DNA from: Sarea resinae | Lineage: Eukaryota | Direction: 5' to 3' | DNA length: 64,000 bases | Assembly (NCBI GenBank): GCA_026026165.1 | Contig: JAPEUD010000021.1 | Coordinates: 124,001 to 188,000, forward strand | Shown here: piece after piece, positions 1-12,259 of the stretch | Layout: the number at the start of each line of letters is the position of its first letter | How positions within the stretch are numbered: position 1 is the stretch's first letter | The notes under the pieces: generated by a model | What the model saw: only the letters and a program-made list of their open reading frames with translations | The model's database searches: none | Told to the model about the DNA's origin: nothing | Position numbers and translations under genes: made by a program

Positions 1-812
1 GCTCGATATCTCGGCCTCCCTTCTAAGCCGAGCCGCGGCGTGCGTGCGAGCTGTGCGGTGCGAGGGGGGAAGCAAGAGATGAGAGAGGAAGAAAAGGTGA
101 AAAGGGACAAGGAGATGTGGAGATGTGGGATGATAGTGGTGGTGATGACGATGATGATGGTGGTAGTGGTAGGACTGGTGGTGAGCATAGTACAGTGCTG
201 TTGTTACTCTCACCCCAGCAGCAATCCATGAACCATCATGAAACGTCAAGCCGAGTGAAGGCGCGGCACCAACCAACAGCCTCTAGTGATTCGGGAGTAG
301 CTGACTGAGAAATACAAGGTATAAAGCACAAGGTCGAGCTCTTCGCGGGTCCTGGTTCGGATATATAAATAATCGAAGCTCTAGCTCGATGATCGCATCG
401 GAAATTGACATCTCTGCCGCCGTCGCTGTTACTATTAAGTATTATGGCTGGCCTTTTGCGGTGTGCTGTTGCCCGGATGGCCTTGTCCGCTGGGAAGTCT
501 ATAGGGTGTCTATTTTGGACTAATATGCTGGAGGGGCGTTGTCGTGTCCTGTTGTCTCTTTCTGGGACTGGTAAAATGTATGAGACGAGATGTGGTTGGT
601 GGGTGCTCTTATTGCTGGTCTCGTTCTTGACGCTTGGCCTGCTGCTGATGCCTGTTCGGCCGCCTTCTTATTTTCTATCTCTTCTCCCTCTGCATGCTCT
701 GCCGAAAGACCGTCGAAGAATCGTCTTGAGAATGTCTCGGCGTGCTGGACAAGGATAAAGTCAAGCTGGTGCTTCACAATACAAATAATCCTGTCTGGCA
801 CCTTCAGCCAGC

Positions 813-2314
813 CTACTCGTGCTCCATGAAATCCTTTAAGCTCTCCCTCTCCGCTGTGCCAGCAGCGATCCGTTTCGCATTCTCAATTTCCCACTCGAAT
901 TCCTTCAGACACCTCAATTCGCTCCCCACAAACAACCCGCCAATCAGACCGTCGATGACGCCCGCGGCCAAGCCCAGACTACTGACGACCATCAAAATGA
1001 AGGCGACGTAGTTGTGCGGCGACCACCACACGGCGACGAAACAGCCAATCGACACGACAACCGCCGTCACAAAGTGGCCTAGGCGCAGTCGGCGTTGGCG
1101 GTATTCGCGCTGTCTGTAGATTGAAATCATGCAAAGGATCTCATCGTAGGTTTCGACCGCAAAGGGATCGGGGAAGGGTTTCTTGTCTGCGATTTTGACC
1201 TGCTGGCCGCTGCTGGCCGCTTGCGAGGCGGCGTCATCGGCTTTGGATTGTTGGGACGGCGGTCCTTGCCAGCTCAGTGTTGCCTCCACGGAGAAGTGAT
1301 CGCTGAGAGAGCAATTGAGGGTTGGATGCCGTTCGGTCATGCCGACTCTGACGTTTTCCACTAGCCATTCGCCGTCTCCCGTGTAGCCGTTGCCGACAAA
1401 GATGTAATCAAGTCTCTGCGCATCTTTGTCCGGCTCGTTGGCGTCGGCAATGATTTCTTCCGCGGTTTTGGAGTTCGAGAGTTTTCGATTATTGCGGTGC
1501 CAGGTATTGAGGATGCTGTTGGAAGCCATGCCATTCCTCGACATGTTGTACTCAACCGAGTCCGACCGGGTTTGTTTCCTTAGGATCTCTTCGGCCAGAT
1601 TGGAAAAGGGAGAGGCCGACGAATCGGGATGGATGACACGCCAGGCATCCTCGACCGGTGCATGGCCCGTGATGACGCGGTGGGCTAGAGAAAGGGGCAG
1701 CATGTTAAAGTCGCCGACGCAGATGACGAGATGGCCGCGTTCCGTCGCTCCACGCATCATCTTGGCCAACTCCCATGCCTGCGCAGTACGATGGCATATG
1801 TACGAGTCGGCGGGATCTCCAGCATAGAATGCATGGAACTAAGCGGTCGTCAGGGCTGAAGCACTCTAAAAGGCTGTAGACTTACATGAGTGCAGAAAAC
1901 TTCCGCGACGTCTTTGGGGCCCGGTCCGAATCTAATCTTTGCGGATGCCACTCCTTTCCCAACATACCAATCTCCTCGAAAGAACGCAGTGGGTCTCCCA
2001 CTCAGCGGGTACCCCCTCATGCTGCTTTCCTCGATGGGCCATCTCGACAGAATAGCCAGACCGGCGCCGAAGATGCCTCCGTAATAGAATTTGCCGTAGG
2101 GAAGAATATGCTTGGTTTGCCGTCGGATGCTCTCGTATCCCTCTTGTGTCCAGCATTCTTGCAGGCCCACGATATCCGGAGGGGGATCATGCGCGGCAAT
2201 GCGAGCTCCGATTTCCGCGAGACGCTCTTTGGGGTATTTGGAAATGTACTTGAGACCCCAGCAATTCAAGCTCAGAACGCTAAGACTCGAAGGCCGGTCC
2301 GGCATAGTGCTCAT
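813..2314 (-). CDS. ISC1: Inositol phosphosphingolipid phospholipase C / neutral sphingomyelinase (2 exons; intron 1839-1885)
   Basis: EEP-superfamily motifs LSLNCWGLK, GLQECW, GDFN, RLDYIF and SDHF; two C-terminal hydrophobic helices; GTAAGT..TAG intron joins FCTH to FHAFY in frame. Confidence 0.92.
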
Positions 2315-2751
2315 GGCGAATCTGACGAGAAAAGAGAAGACGAAGCTGAAGGAGATGGAAGAATGACGGATACGGCAGCCATACAAGGGAAGAAGAAGAA
2401 GAAGAAGGAAGAAGGAAGAAAAGGAAATTGTCAAGGAGCAAGGCCGAAAAGAGGGTGGTACCGGAGGGGAGGGATGGATGCGGATGCGAATGGCAATGAC
2501 GGCAACAAATAGATGGAGAAGTGTGACATCGATGCCACAATAGCGAGTACTTTGTAAGTAATCGTAAGTAATTGTAAGTAAGTAGTATTTCGTGGTTTAT
2601 GCAGCGAGGTAAATAGTGACTTGCATGCATTGACATGCCAACCCCAACCGCCCCGCCATCATGCCAAGCGCATTGGCGGCAATAGCAGATCGTTGAAGAC
2701 CGTCCAATTGCTTGACACCGCAACTCTGTAATTCGTGATTGCTGCTTCACC

Positions 2752-4262
2752 ATGGCCGACGTCGCGTCGCCATCGCCTATTCCCAGAAGTGCCGTCGAAG
2801 ACGACATCGAGGAAGTGGACCAACTCGCTGCGCCGTCACCCAAACGGCAGCGACTGGACGCCGAATACGACCATCGGAGCTCCAGATACAGCTCTCCAGA
2901 CGAGCTTGGAGCCACTCCCAACCCCGGTTCAGTCCCTTCACAGTCCCCGAAATGGGGCTCCGACGGATCTTCACATGAGCACGACGACAGTCGCGACGAT
3001 GAAGCTGATGGGAACGGAGATGGTGCCGACAGTCCGGACGAGCTGGACCACACCGTACACGCATTCTATCGCGACGACCGGACGCGATCGCCCCAACGTT
3101 CAAGGCACACATCCGTCGAAGCAGATCCTGCCATCACCCCCAGCGGAGCACCAACTCCCGCTCCGCCAGAACCTGCCAAGGTAGCGTACAGACAGAAGTT
3201 GATCTTGAGGGGCCATAAGAAGGGGGTCTCGGCTGTCAAGTTCTCACCCGATGGACGCTGGATCGCCAGTTGTTGTGAGTGACCGTGGCTGCACTACCTC
3301 CGGACTGCGAGCTGACTTGACAGCCGCTGATGCGACGATAAAGGTCTGGGATGCTACTACCGGCAGGCACTTGCGGACATTGGAGGGGCATCTTGCGGGC
3401 ATATCAACCATCGCCTGGAGCCCGGACTCCAAGACACTCGCTTCTGGCTCAGATGACAAGTCGATTAGACTCTGGGATGTTTCAACAGTAAGTCTACACG
3501 CTCCAGTCGATAGCAAGGCTTCTGGCTCATGGACCAGGGCAAAGCATATCCCGTCCCTCTACTCGGCCACCACAACTACGTTTATTCCTTGGCCTTCTCG
3601 CCCAAAGGGAATATGCTGGTCAGCGGCTCCTACGATGAAGCTGTTTTCTTGTGGGACGTAAGGACAGCGCGAGTAATGCGGTCATTGCCCGCTCACTCCG
3701 ACCCGGTTGGCGGCGTCGATTTCACCAGAGACGGAACATTGGTGGTCAGCTGTGCGGGAGACGGGTTGATGTAGGTTCTCCCGAAGCATTTACGGATCTG
3801 AGCTGACTGAGACTCAGACGAGTCTGGGATACTGCTACCGGCCAGTGTCTACGAACGCTGGTGCATGAAGACAATGCTCCGGTAGTGTCGGTGCGCTTCT
3901 CGCCGAACGGGAAATACGTCCTCGCGTGGACGTTGGACTCGTGCGTACGATTATGGAATTACGTGGATGGACGATGTGTCAAGACATATCAAGGGCACAA
4001 GAACGAGCGATACAGCATGAGTGGGGCGTTTGGGGTATATGGCGCCCATGCATTCGTGGTGTCTGGCAGCGAAGACGGGAGCCTGGTGCTTTGGGATGTC
4101 ACCAAGAAGAACGTCCTTCAGCAGCTACACGGACACGAGGACGTCGTGTTGGGGGTCGACACGCTTCCGGCGGCGAAGGTGATGGCCAGCTGTGGGCTCG
4201 ACAGGACCATTCGCATCTGGCGAGACGAGTCGGGGGATGTGGATGAAGACATGGAGAATTGA
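2752..4262 (+). CDS. SWD3: WD40 protein WDR5/Swd3, COMPASS subunit (4 exons)
   Basis: WD repeats LRGHKKGVSAVKFSPDG, GHLAGISTIAWSPDS, AHSDPVGGVDF and CVKTYQGHKN typical of WDR5; introns at about 3275-3322, 3488-3537 and 3771-3817. Confidence 0.9.
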
Positions 4263-5543
4263 TGGGGAGTGTGCAAAAGATGGCTGCGAAGGATGGGACA
4301 TTCCTCCGGCATGGGGAGCGAGGAGCACGTTCTTGTAATATACCCGGTCCACATTGGACAGCAATGATGCAATGCAATGGATCCGTACGGCTTCGTACTA
4401 CATACTCCGTACACGCCACAGCCGCCTCGTTGAATTCACGCTTACTCGGCGTACTACAGAGTAGGTGCATGGCCTCACCCATGCCGCCATGCCGCCATGC
4501 CGCCAAGAGATGGACTCGATCGTCCCGCGTCTCTTCGGCGTCGATCATCCGGCCACCGGTCACCCCCGAGTTCCCGCCGGCGACCATTGCCTGATACTGC
4601 GAGCACTGGAAGACCACGAGGGCTATTGCAAGCCGTCTCAGCCAAGAAGTCGCCTCACTTCGTCTCCAGTGGCAGGATCGCCTCCACTCGTGGCGACCAT
4701 GAAAGGACTCTTCATCAATACGGTGTGTCTCGTCAGAGCAGCCCTGGAGATGAAATCAGATGGCTGGATTAGGTCAGCAGCGTGCGGGCTCACCGCCTAG
4801 CCTCGAGCGACGCTAGACGACTTCAGTCGTAGCCCCGGGAGCGGCAGGCAGTTCAGCGAGGGTGATTGGACAGCGAAGCGAGAACGCTAAGTGATTGGAC
4901 CCTGCTGATCGGTACGTACCTCGTAGACGCCCAAGCGAGCTGCGCCCCCGGATATTTGGGCGAGTCAGATCATCAACAATGCGACGGCCCAACCCCCTCG
5001 TCAACACATCACCACTGACATGCCATGACCCGTAGAGAGAGACAGGCATTCACACCGGCCGAGGCATGGAAGCCATCGAAGCCATCGCCGCCATCCGACT
5101 TTCATGCCAATGGCAACCGCCAATTCATCTATTGCTCATCTATTGCTCTACGCTAGTCCATTGCTCGCACCCTAACCCGCGTAGCCAGCGATGCCAGCAA
5201 TTCACCACCTCGTAGACGATGAGATGGCTGGGCCGGCCACCACCGCCGGAACCATGCTGCATCGTGCCCCGCTACCCGTCTCCCACCTTTAAAGAATCTC
5301 ATCCACCAGCTTTCCTCCATTCTTCCCTTCTCATCCTTCATCCTCTCGAGCAAACAGAGCATCTATCCGTCACCATCTGTGCTCTCGTTACTCTACTGCT
5401 TGTGCTTGCTCCCGCATCAACGCCTCGAAGCGTGTTTGCTCCTTGCTTTGCTTGACGCTTCTCAACCTCGTCATCTCCAGATCATCCAAGTCGCCATTTT
5501 CCGCTCTATATATACCTATTGGTCTTGCGAGTGCTCTCAAACA

Positions 5544-7168
5544 ATGAGGTCGTCATCTTCATCAGCCCTGCTGGCTGTGGCCGCGTTGGCTATCTTCAAC
5601 TCGAGACCCGTCGCGGGTCAAACATACAGCAATTGCAATCCTCTCACCTCAGGTAAGTCGACTCGATCAAGACCAACCAGTCGTCCGCTAACACCGAATA
5701 GGCAGCTGTCCTGCAGATTCCGCCCTGGGAAGATCCGTCAACATCGACTTCACCCAAGGCGCCTCGGATAGTTTTACCGCGCAGGGGAACCCGACCTATG
5801 GCTCGAACGGCGTGCAATTTACCATTGCCAAATCTGGCGACTCGCCCCAATTGACGTCGAAATGGTACATCATGTTTGGCAAGGTGGAGGTCACCATGGA
5901 ACCCGCACCAGGCGCCGGCATCGTCAGCAGCTCCGTCCTGCAATCCGATGACCTCGATGAAATCGACTGGGAATGGCTGGGTGCCGATGATTCGGAAGCG
6001 CAGTCCAATTACTTCGGCAAAGGCCAGACGACGACCTACAACCGCGGTGCCTTCCACGCAGACCCGTCGAATCAGGAGAATTTCAACACCTATACGATCG
6101 ACTGGACCGCGGAACAGATTGTCTGGTCCATCAATGGCAATACCGTCCGAGCGCTGACGCCCGCCAACGCCGACAACCAATACCCTCAGACGCCGATGCA
6201 ACTGAAGATTGGCGCCTGGAGTGGTGGTGATTCGTCCAACGCTGCCGGTACCATTTCCTGGGCTCGTGGCCCGACCGACTACAGCAAGGGTCCCTTTACG
6301 ATGACGGTCAAGTCTGTCGCCGTCACCGATTACTCGACGGGAACGCAATACACCTACTCGGGAACCAGCGGGACATGGCAAGAGATTCACGCCGTGGGCG
6401 GCTCCGTCAATTCCGGCGGCAGTGCCTCGGTGTCAGTTGCTTCGGCTCCCGCGGTGACGTCGACCTCCAACAGTGCGCCCATGCCATTCGAGGGCACCCA
6501 CCGCGACACCACATCCACCTACACCACGCCCAGCGTCTTCCCGTGGGTCGCCGGCGCGACCACGCTGTCCACGAGCACCACACCAATCGCAACCTCCAAC
6601 TATCCCGGCCTGCCCAGTGGGTGGACCGTGAGCGGCTCGGGCAAAGTCCTGCCGCCCAGCTCGGCGCCTGTGAGTGAGCCACCCTCCTTGATTTTCGCAC
6701 TTGTGTGTCCATTCCTGACGACGTCCATAGTCCACATCCCTCGTCGCGCCCTCTACGTCCTCGCCCTCTCCCTCACAGTCGGCCTCCTCTATCCAGCCTG
6801 GCGGCCCTGAAGAAGGCACGGAAACCGTCACGGAGTACAACCAAAAGGGCTTCCCCACGACCGTCGTCGAGCCGGCCGGCTTTTCTACCGTTCCCAAGAG
6901 CTACAATCAACAAGGTTTCCTCATCACCGCTGGCGCATCCACCACGACTGCGCCCGCGGCGTCTGCGGCCAAGCTCTCCAAGGACGATCTCACCAAGGAC
7001 GGCAGCGATACGCCGGACGCGGCGCAGAGCTCCTCGGCCATGTACTCGTCCGGCGGCTTCAAGGTGCTGGAGACGAGCGCCACGGGTGCGGCGCCGGAGC
7101 GCCACGCGGGTCTCGCTTCGACGCTGGGCGCCGCGTGCGCTATTCTGGGTGGCGCGTTGGTTTTGTAA
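5544..7168 (+). CDS. Crh-family GH16 chitin-glucan transglycosylase, secreted and GPI-anchored (long isoform ends 7168; short isoform ends 6810)
   Basis: Signal peptide followed by QTYSNCNP; intron 5653-5701; catalytic motif DLDEIDWE; YPQTPM and WARGPTDY; Ser/Thr stalk; second intron 6670 or 6674 to 6730. Confidence 0.9.
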
Positions 7169-7439
7169 AGCGGCATTCTACGGCGTTGATGATGATGGTG
7201 ATGATGATGAACACGGCACGGGCACGGGCATCTATCTGGGTTGGGCATTTTCATGAGCGGCATTTGCTTCTTTTCTGTATAGCATAGGATACGATTTCAC
7301 GTTTTTCTTCAGGATGGATAATGGGCAGGACATGGCATGGCATGGGATCAATCATGAAGATGTAAAGAAAGAAAGAGAGAAAGAAGGAAAGATAGGAAGA
7401 AAGAAAAAGAAAACGAACGCAGAGATGAATGAGAACGGG

Positions 7440-7913
7440 AACGAGAATAAGATAGCATAGCATAGCATAGCATAGCATAGAGAACGGACAGAATATCATA
7501 AATACTCCAGCATGACTAGCGCGGTGTGCCACTCACTCACTCAATCCCTCCCTCCCTCCCTCCCTCACTGACTCGTATCATCAATCGCGCGCCTGTGACA
7601 TCCACATCCACATCCACATCCACATGCTCATCCCAATCTGAAAATATCAAAGGCAACGATTCAATTCGTGGACGCACTTTGCTTCTGCTTCTGCTTCTGC
7701 TTCTACTTGTGCGTGGTATCTATCCATGCATGCATGCATATATGTCTGTCTCCTTGTAACCCGAACCGCCTCAACTACCTTACCTAAACTACCTAAACTA
7801 GACGGAGCTGAAGTGAACCGAGCTAAGCTAGACTGAACTAGACAGAGCTGAAGTGAGCTTTTTCGTCTTTTTCATCTTTGTCTTTTTTTTTGGGGGGGGG
7901 TCTTTTTTGGTCT

Positions 7914-7944
<31 letters not shown>

Positions 7945-8089
7945 CTTCTATGCTATATCTAGTATACTGACTATAGTATGATATAGTATGATATGGTATA
8001 GTATGGTATAGTATAGTGTGGTGTGCTATGCAGAGTTAGGTTTCTAGAGGTAGTAGGTAGTAAGTAGGACTTTAGTTTCTAGATGTTTT

Positions 8090-8120
<31 letters not shown>

Positions 8121-8170
8121 AAGTAGAGGTGTAAGTAGATGTAGAGAGCTATAGAGAGAGAGAGAGCTAT

Positions 8171-8236
<66 letters not shown>

Positions 8237-8240
8237 TAAA
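7440..8240. repeat. Cluster of microsatellites: (ATAGC)n, (CCCT)n, (ACATCC)n, (CTTCTG)n, (TTG)n, (GT)n, (AG)n
   Basis: Directly visible tandem arrays, e.g. (TTG)n 7914-7943, (GT)n about 8089-8110, (AG)n about 8152-8236. Confidence 0.95.
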
Positions 8241-9203
8241 AGTAGAATAGGATAGATATAGAGGTCGATATAACTACAGTATAGAAAGGAATCTAAAGGT
8301 AGAGATGTTTAATATCTTATTACTCCTCTATAAGAATAGGAATAGGAGGTTAGTTACTGTACTATACTATACTATACTACCTTAGTAGGCACCTACCTAG
8401 TGTTGAGAGAAAGATTAGTCTAGGTATTTAGTTAGCAGTGAGAGGACAGTGTCTATAGGTTTTAAGAGATAGTTCTTCTTCTTCTTTTAAGCATGCATGT
8501 ATTCTAGCAGACTATCCAGCAATAGAAACAGTTTCGCCCCTATGACAAGAGATCGGTTATAGTGAAAGAGCTAAGTTAGTAGCAAAGAGACTCTCTCTTA
8601 CTATTATCTCCCTTCTATTTCTTCTAGGGAATCTAGAACAAATGCACTAATCTAGTGTTAATAGTAATTCCCTCTACACTAGGCAGATGATTATCCTATA
8701 AGAAGTTTACAAGTATAGAAATAAAAATAGTATAAAGTTAAGAAGAAGATAGAATAAGATAGCATAGTATTATTAGCCTAGATATAACTAGACTAGGTAG
8801 GTAGGCAGATAAGAATGTCAAGAGAGCAGCACTTTACCCCCCTCTGCTTTTTCCTAATTAGAGATACAAATATGGGAATATAACTACACAGGCTATATAC
8901 AACAGTGCTAGGAAGAGCTAGATGCAGAGGTAGAGGGAGATAGATATGGTAAGGGTTTTGTGTTCAATTGGTCCTCTACGGAGTACAGTAATGGGAGACG
9001 TATATATACTAGGTCGATAGGGAGTACAAGACGTCGAGAGATTGAGATGAGAATGTAGACATTGTGATCTCCTAACGGCGTCAGCGCTTAGCCCTCTCTT
9101 TTCTCTCTCTCTCTCTCTCTCGTACTTTTCTTAGTTGAAAGGCTTCAAGAGACTAGGATAGAAGAAGTATAGTATGGAACAGAATAGGAAAAAATGCAGT
9201 AGG

Positions 9204-11042
9204 TCAAGCCGAGGCGCATTGGGTGCCGTTCTGCGTACAAAACGGCATCTGCACGTCGCCGGCCCGGACCCCCGCCGCGACCAGGCGTTCCCGAAGATCG
9301 GCCAGTCGCGGGCTCGCCAGCACCTGGCTCCGGTTCAGGCCCGTGGCCGGGTCCTTGGCGCCGCTCCACAGCACCTCGGCGGCCGCCGCCGCGCGCGGCC
9401 AGACCATGGTGTCGAGGTTGACCGGGTCCGTCTGCTCGGACCAGATGTGGATCTCGCCGCCGAGGACCAGGTGCGTGAGGTTGGCCGGCACGGAGCCGAG
9501 CGGGTCGTAGGCGTAGACGTCGCGCCAGTTGTGCGTCGGCGCGCAGTAGTCGAGGTAGGGGAAGGCGGCCTGCGAGCCGGCCGGAGTCGAGTGGTCGATC
9601 CACCCGCCCAGGCCGCAGTCCAGGTACCAGAAGTTGTAGTTGCCCGCCAGCGCCTTGTGGCCCGCGGCCACGGTCGAGGCCACGCTGGCGTCCGACAGCC
9701 ACGTCTGCACAAGCACGTCCGCGCCGAGCGTCAGGTTCCAGTCTAGTAGCATTTCCTCCCACACGATCGGCACGAGGCCTTGGCTGCGTACGTGGGCGTG
9801 GGCGGTGTCGACAAACGACTGGAGAAAGGGCTGGATGATCGAGGAGTCGTTGGAGAGGATGGTCGGGTCGAGCGCGTAGACGTTTTGGTTGAGCTCGTCG
9901 CCGCCGGTGTGGAAGTAGGCCGAGTGAGGGGCGAGGCGCGGGAGGAGGTCGGCGAAGAGGGTAGAGAGAAAGGAGTAGACGTCGGGCGAGTTTAGCTTGA
10001 ACTGGCCGGATGGCGGCTCGTTGCAGTACGTGCCCCAGTCGGGCTGCACGTTGAAGGCGGCGATGAGCTCCGGGTGCGAGAAGGCGATCGAGGCCGTGTG
10101 GCCGGGCATGTCGATCTCGAGGATGGGCTGGATGCCGCGCGCGGTGGCGTAGGATTGGATGTCGTCGAGGTCCGCGGCCGTGTAGTAGAGCGACGGCCCG
10201 TAGGCGCCGTGGGCCGCGAGTTCGGGGAGCGCGGGGATGTCCAGCGGCCACGACTGGGCGTCGGTGACGTGGAGGTGGAGCACGTTGAACTTGGAGGCCG
10301 CCATGGCGTCGATGGTGCGCTTGATGTCGGACGGCGCGTAGTAGTTGCGCGAGACGTCCATGTTGAGGCCGCGGTGGGCGAATTTGGGCGAGTCGGCGAT
10401 CTGGACCGGAGCCAGGGGCGTGTAGGGACCTTGACCCGGTTGCGAATGGAGGTAGAAGAGTTGCGTGAAGGTGTCGAGGGCTCGTAGGACGCCGATCGAG
10501 GACACGGCGCTGATGAAGACCTGGCCTGTCTCCGTCATGCTGAGGGTGTAGGACTCGTCCACGGCGCCCGCAAGTGGTTTGGTGGCGCCCACGGGGTCGC
10601 TGGCATTGGTGTGGATGTTGATGCAGTTGATGTAGGTCTTGGGTGCGGTGGGCGCGGGCTCAAAGGCCGAGTTGCGCGGATGGAACTTCCATGGCACGTA
10701 GCTCTCGGTGAAGATGGTGTTCAAGGCTCGTCGAACGGCATTTTGCACGAGGGGTCCGGCGGACGTCGTGCCATTGTCTCTGCGGACGTAGTTCCTGCGA
10801 GTGACGCTGTTAGTCTACCAGACGGTAGCTGTGTTAGTACTCGGCATTCCCTACGTGAAGAGATATTGGAGGAGCGGAAGCACGCGTACAGAATTGGAAG
10901 CAGTGAAATTGGAAGCAGAGTAATTGATCTGCACGTCTGGAGCTATCCAGAGCACAGTAGAGCCGCTCGTGTAATTCACAGGGATGGGCCATAACGCCGA
11001 TGCGAAGGGAAGCAAAGCGGAGAGAATGAAAAGGCTCCTCAT
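9204..11042 (-). CDS. Beta-N-acetylhexosaminidase, GH20 (intron 10815-10889)
   Basis: Signal peptide followed by LWPIP; HRGLNMDVSRN, LHLHVTDAQSWP, EIDMPGH, catalytic HTGGDE, WSEQTD and WPRAAAAAEVLW. Confidence 0.95.
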
Positions 11043-12259
11043 GACGACAAGATCGATAGCGACAGCGATGACGGCTCTAAAGGCACTACTAATGAAAACT
11101 CCTGCGCGAGTCCACTCACAAACGAACGAAGCTCGAGCGGGCAAAGAAGCGCAATTAAAGGAAACTAACGAGCCAAGGCGAAGGCGAAGTAGCAGCGCGA
11201 CAAAGCAACACTCAATCGATCGAAGCCCCTGACGACGACGCGGCACAGACAGATGGATATCGACCGGCAGCTAGAATGCTCCGATAGTAACGGTGCCTTA
11301 ATGACAGGGTCTCAATCTCCGCAACAACACGCTGGCCACGCTGCTCTGCTGCTGTGTCCACGGCGGATTCCAGCAGAAGACTTGCCCGTTATGTTACTCG
11401 ACGAGGTTACACCCCGGGAACTGCTTCACGAGGATCTGCAGCATGCGCTAGAGTACGCTGGACTCTCCTCCGGAGTACTCTAGAACAGACACGCGCCAAG
11501 TAGTAGGTGGACCATCTAGGGGGGTCGGGGGATCGTATCTTATCCCCAGTCTGGAAGTGATAAGCAGAGACGGAGAAGAGGCGAGCAGATAGGGTCTGGT
11601 CGACTAGAGTACTGCGGAGTAAACCACGATATAAATCCCTTTCAGAGATCAATCGTTCTGACCGTGATGCTTGATCATGAAAGGGGAACTGATATCAAGC
11701 TCTACTCCGAGTACTCCCAGTATATCCTCGTGCTCTGCCCTCCGAGTAAGGGGTATGGTTGTACGCACGGGGGTCATGAAGTGGAAATGCGGCGAGGGCC
11801 GTGAGGAGGGAGTGGACGGCATTGTGCTGGGGCGCCGTGTACTTTGAGTCACTAACCGCCGACTTCCGCTTACGTCAGCATACGGTGACCTCGCTCGACC
11901 ACCAAACGCAGATTCGCCCCCAACCTCCCGGCGACCTTCAATGAGAATGCTGACTCATCCGCTGCTATTGTCGCTGAAGCTTCGAGGTCGGAAAAGATGA
12001 ATGGAAGCTACCTGGAGCCTCAAGGTCCTTTGACGACGACCATTCTCTTCTACCTTACGTCGTCTGCCCTGCTCGATCGAACAACATATCAGACCTGCAA
12101 CACTCGGCCACGGCCCACCTGTTCGGATCCTGCTATTCTACTTGAGCGCGCGACCACATCACACGAGAGGGGTTGAATCTCTTCATCATCCAACGCCGAC
12201 CTCGTCCTCCAGCGTCTCCTTCCTCCACCCATTCCGCCACCTCAAGCCTCCCTTTCACC

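Noticed and set aside
7780..8960. Transposon remnant call for the AT-rich island
   Set aside because: No terminal repeats, target-site duplication or transposase/RT fragment is recognisable.
9145..10487. Long alternative-frame and antisense ORFs over the hexosaminidase
   Set aside because: Expected by-product of very high GC3; the Arg/Pro-rich translations show no motifs.
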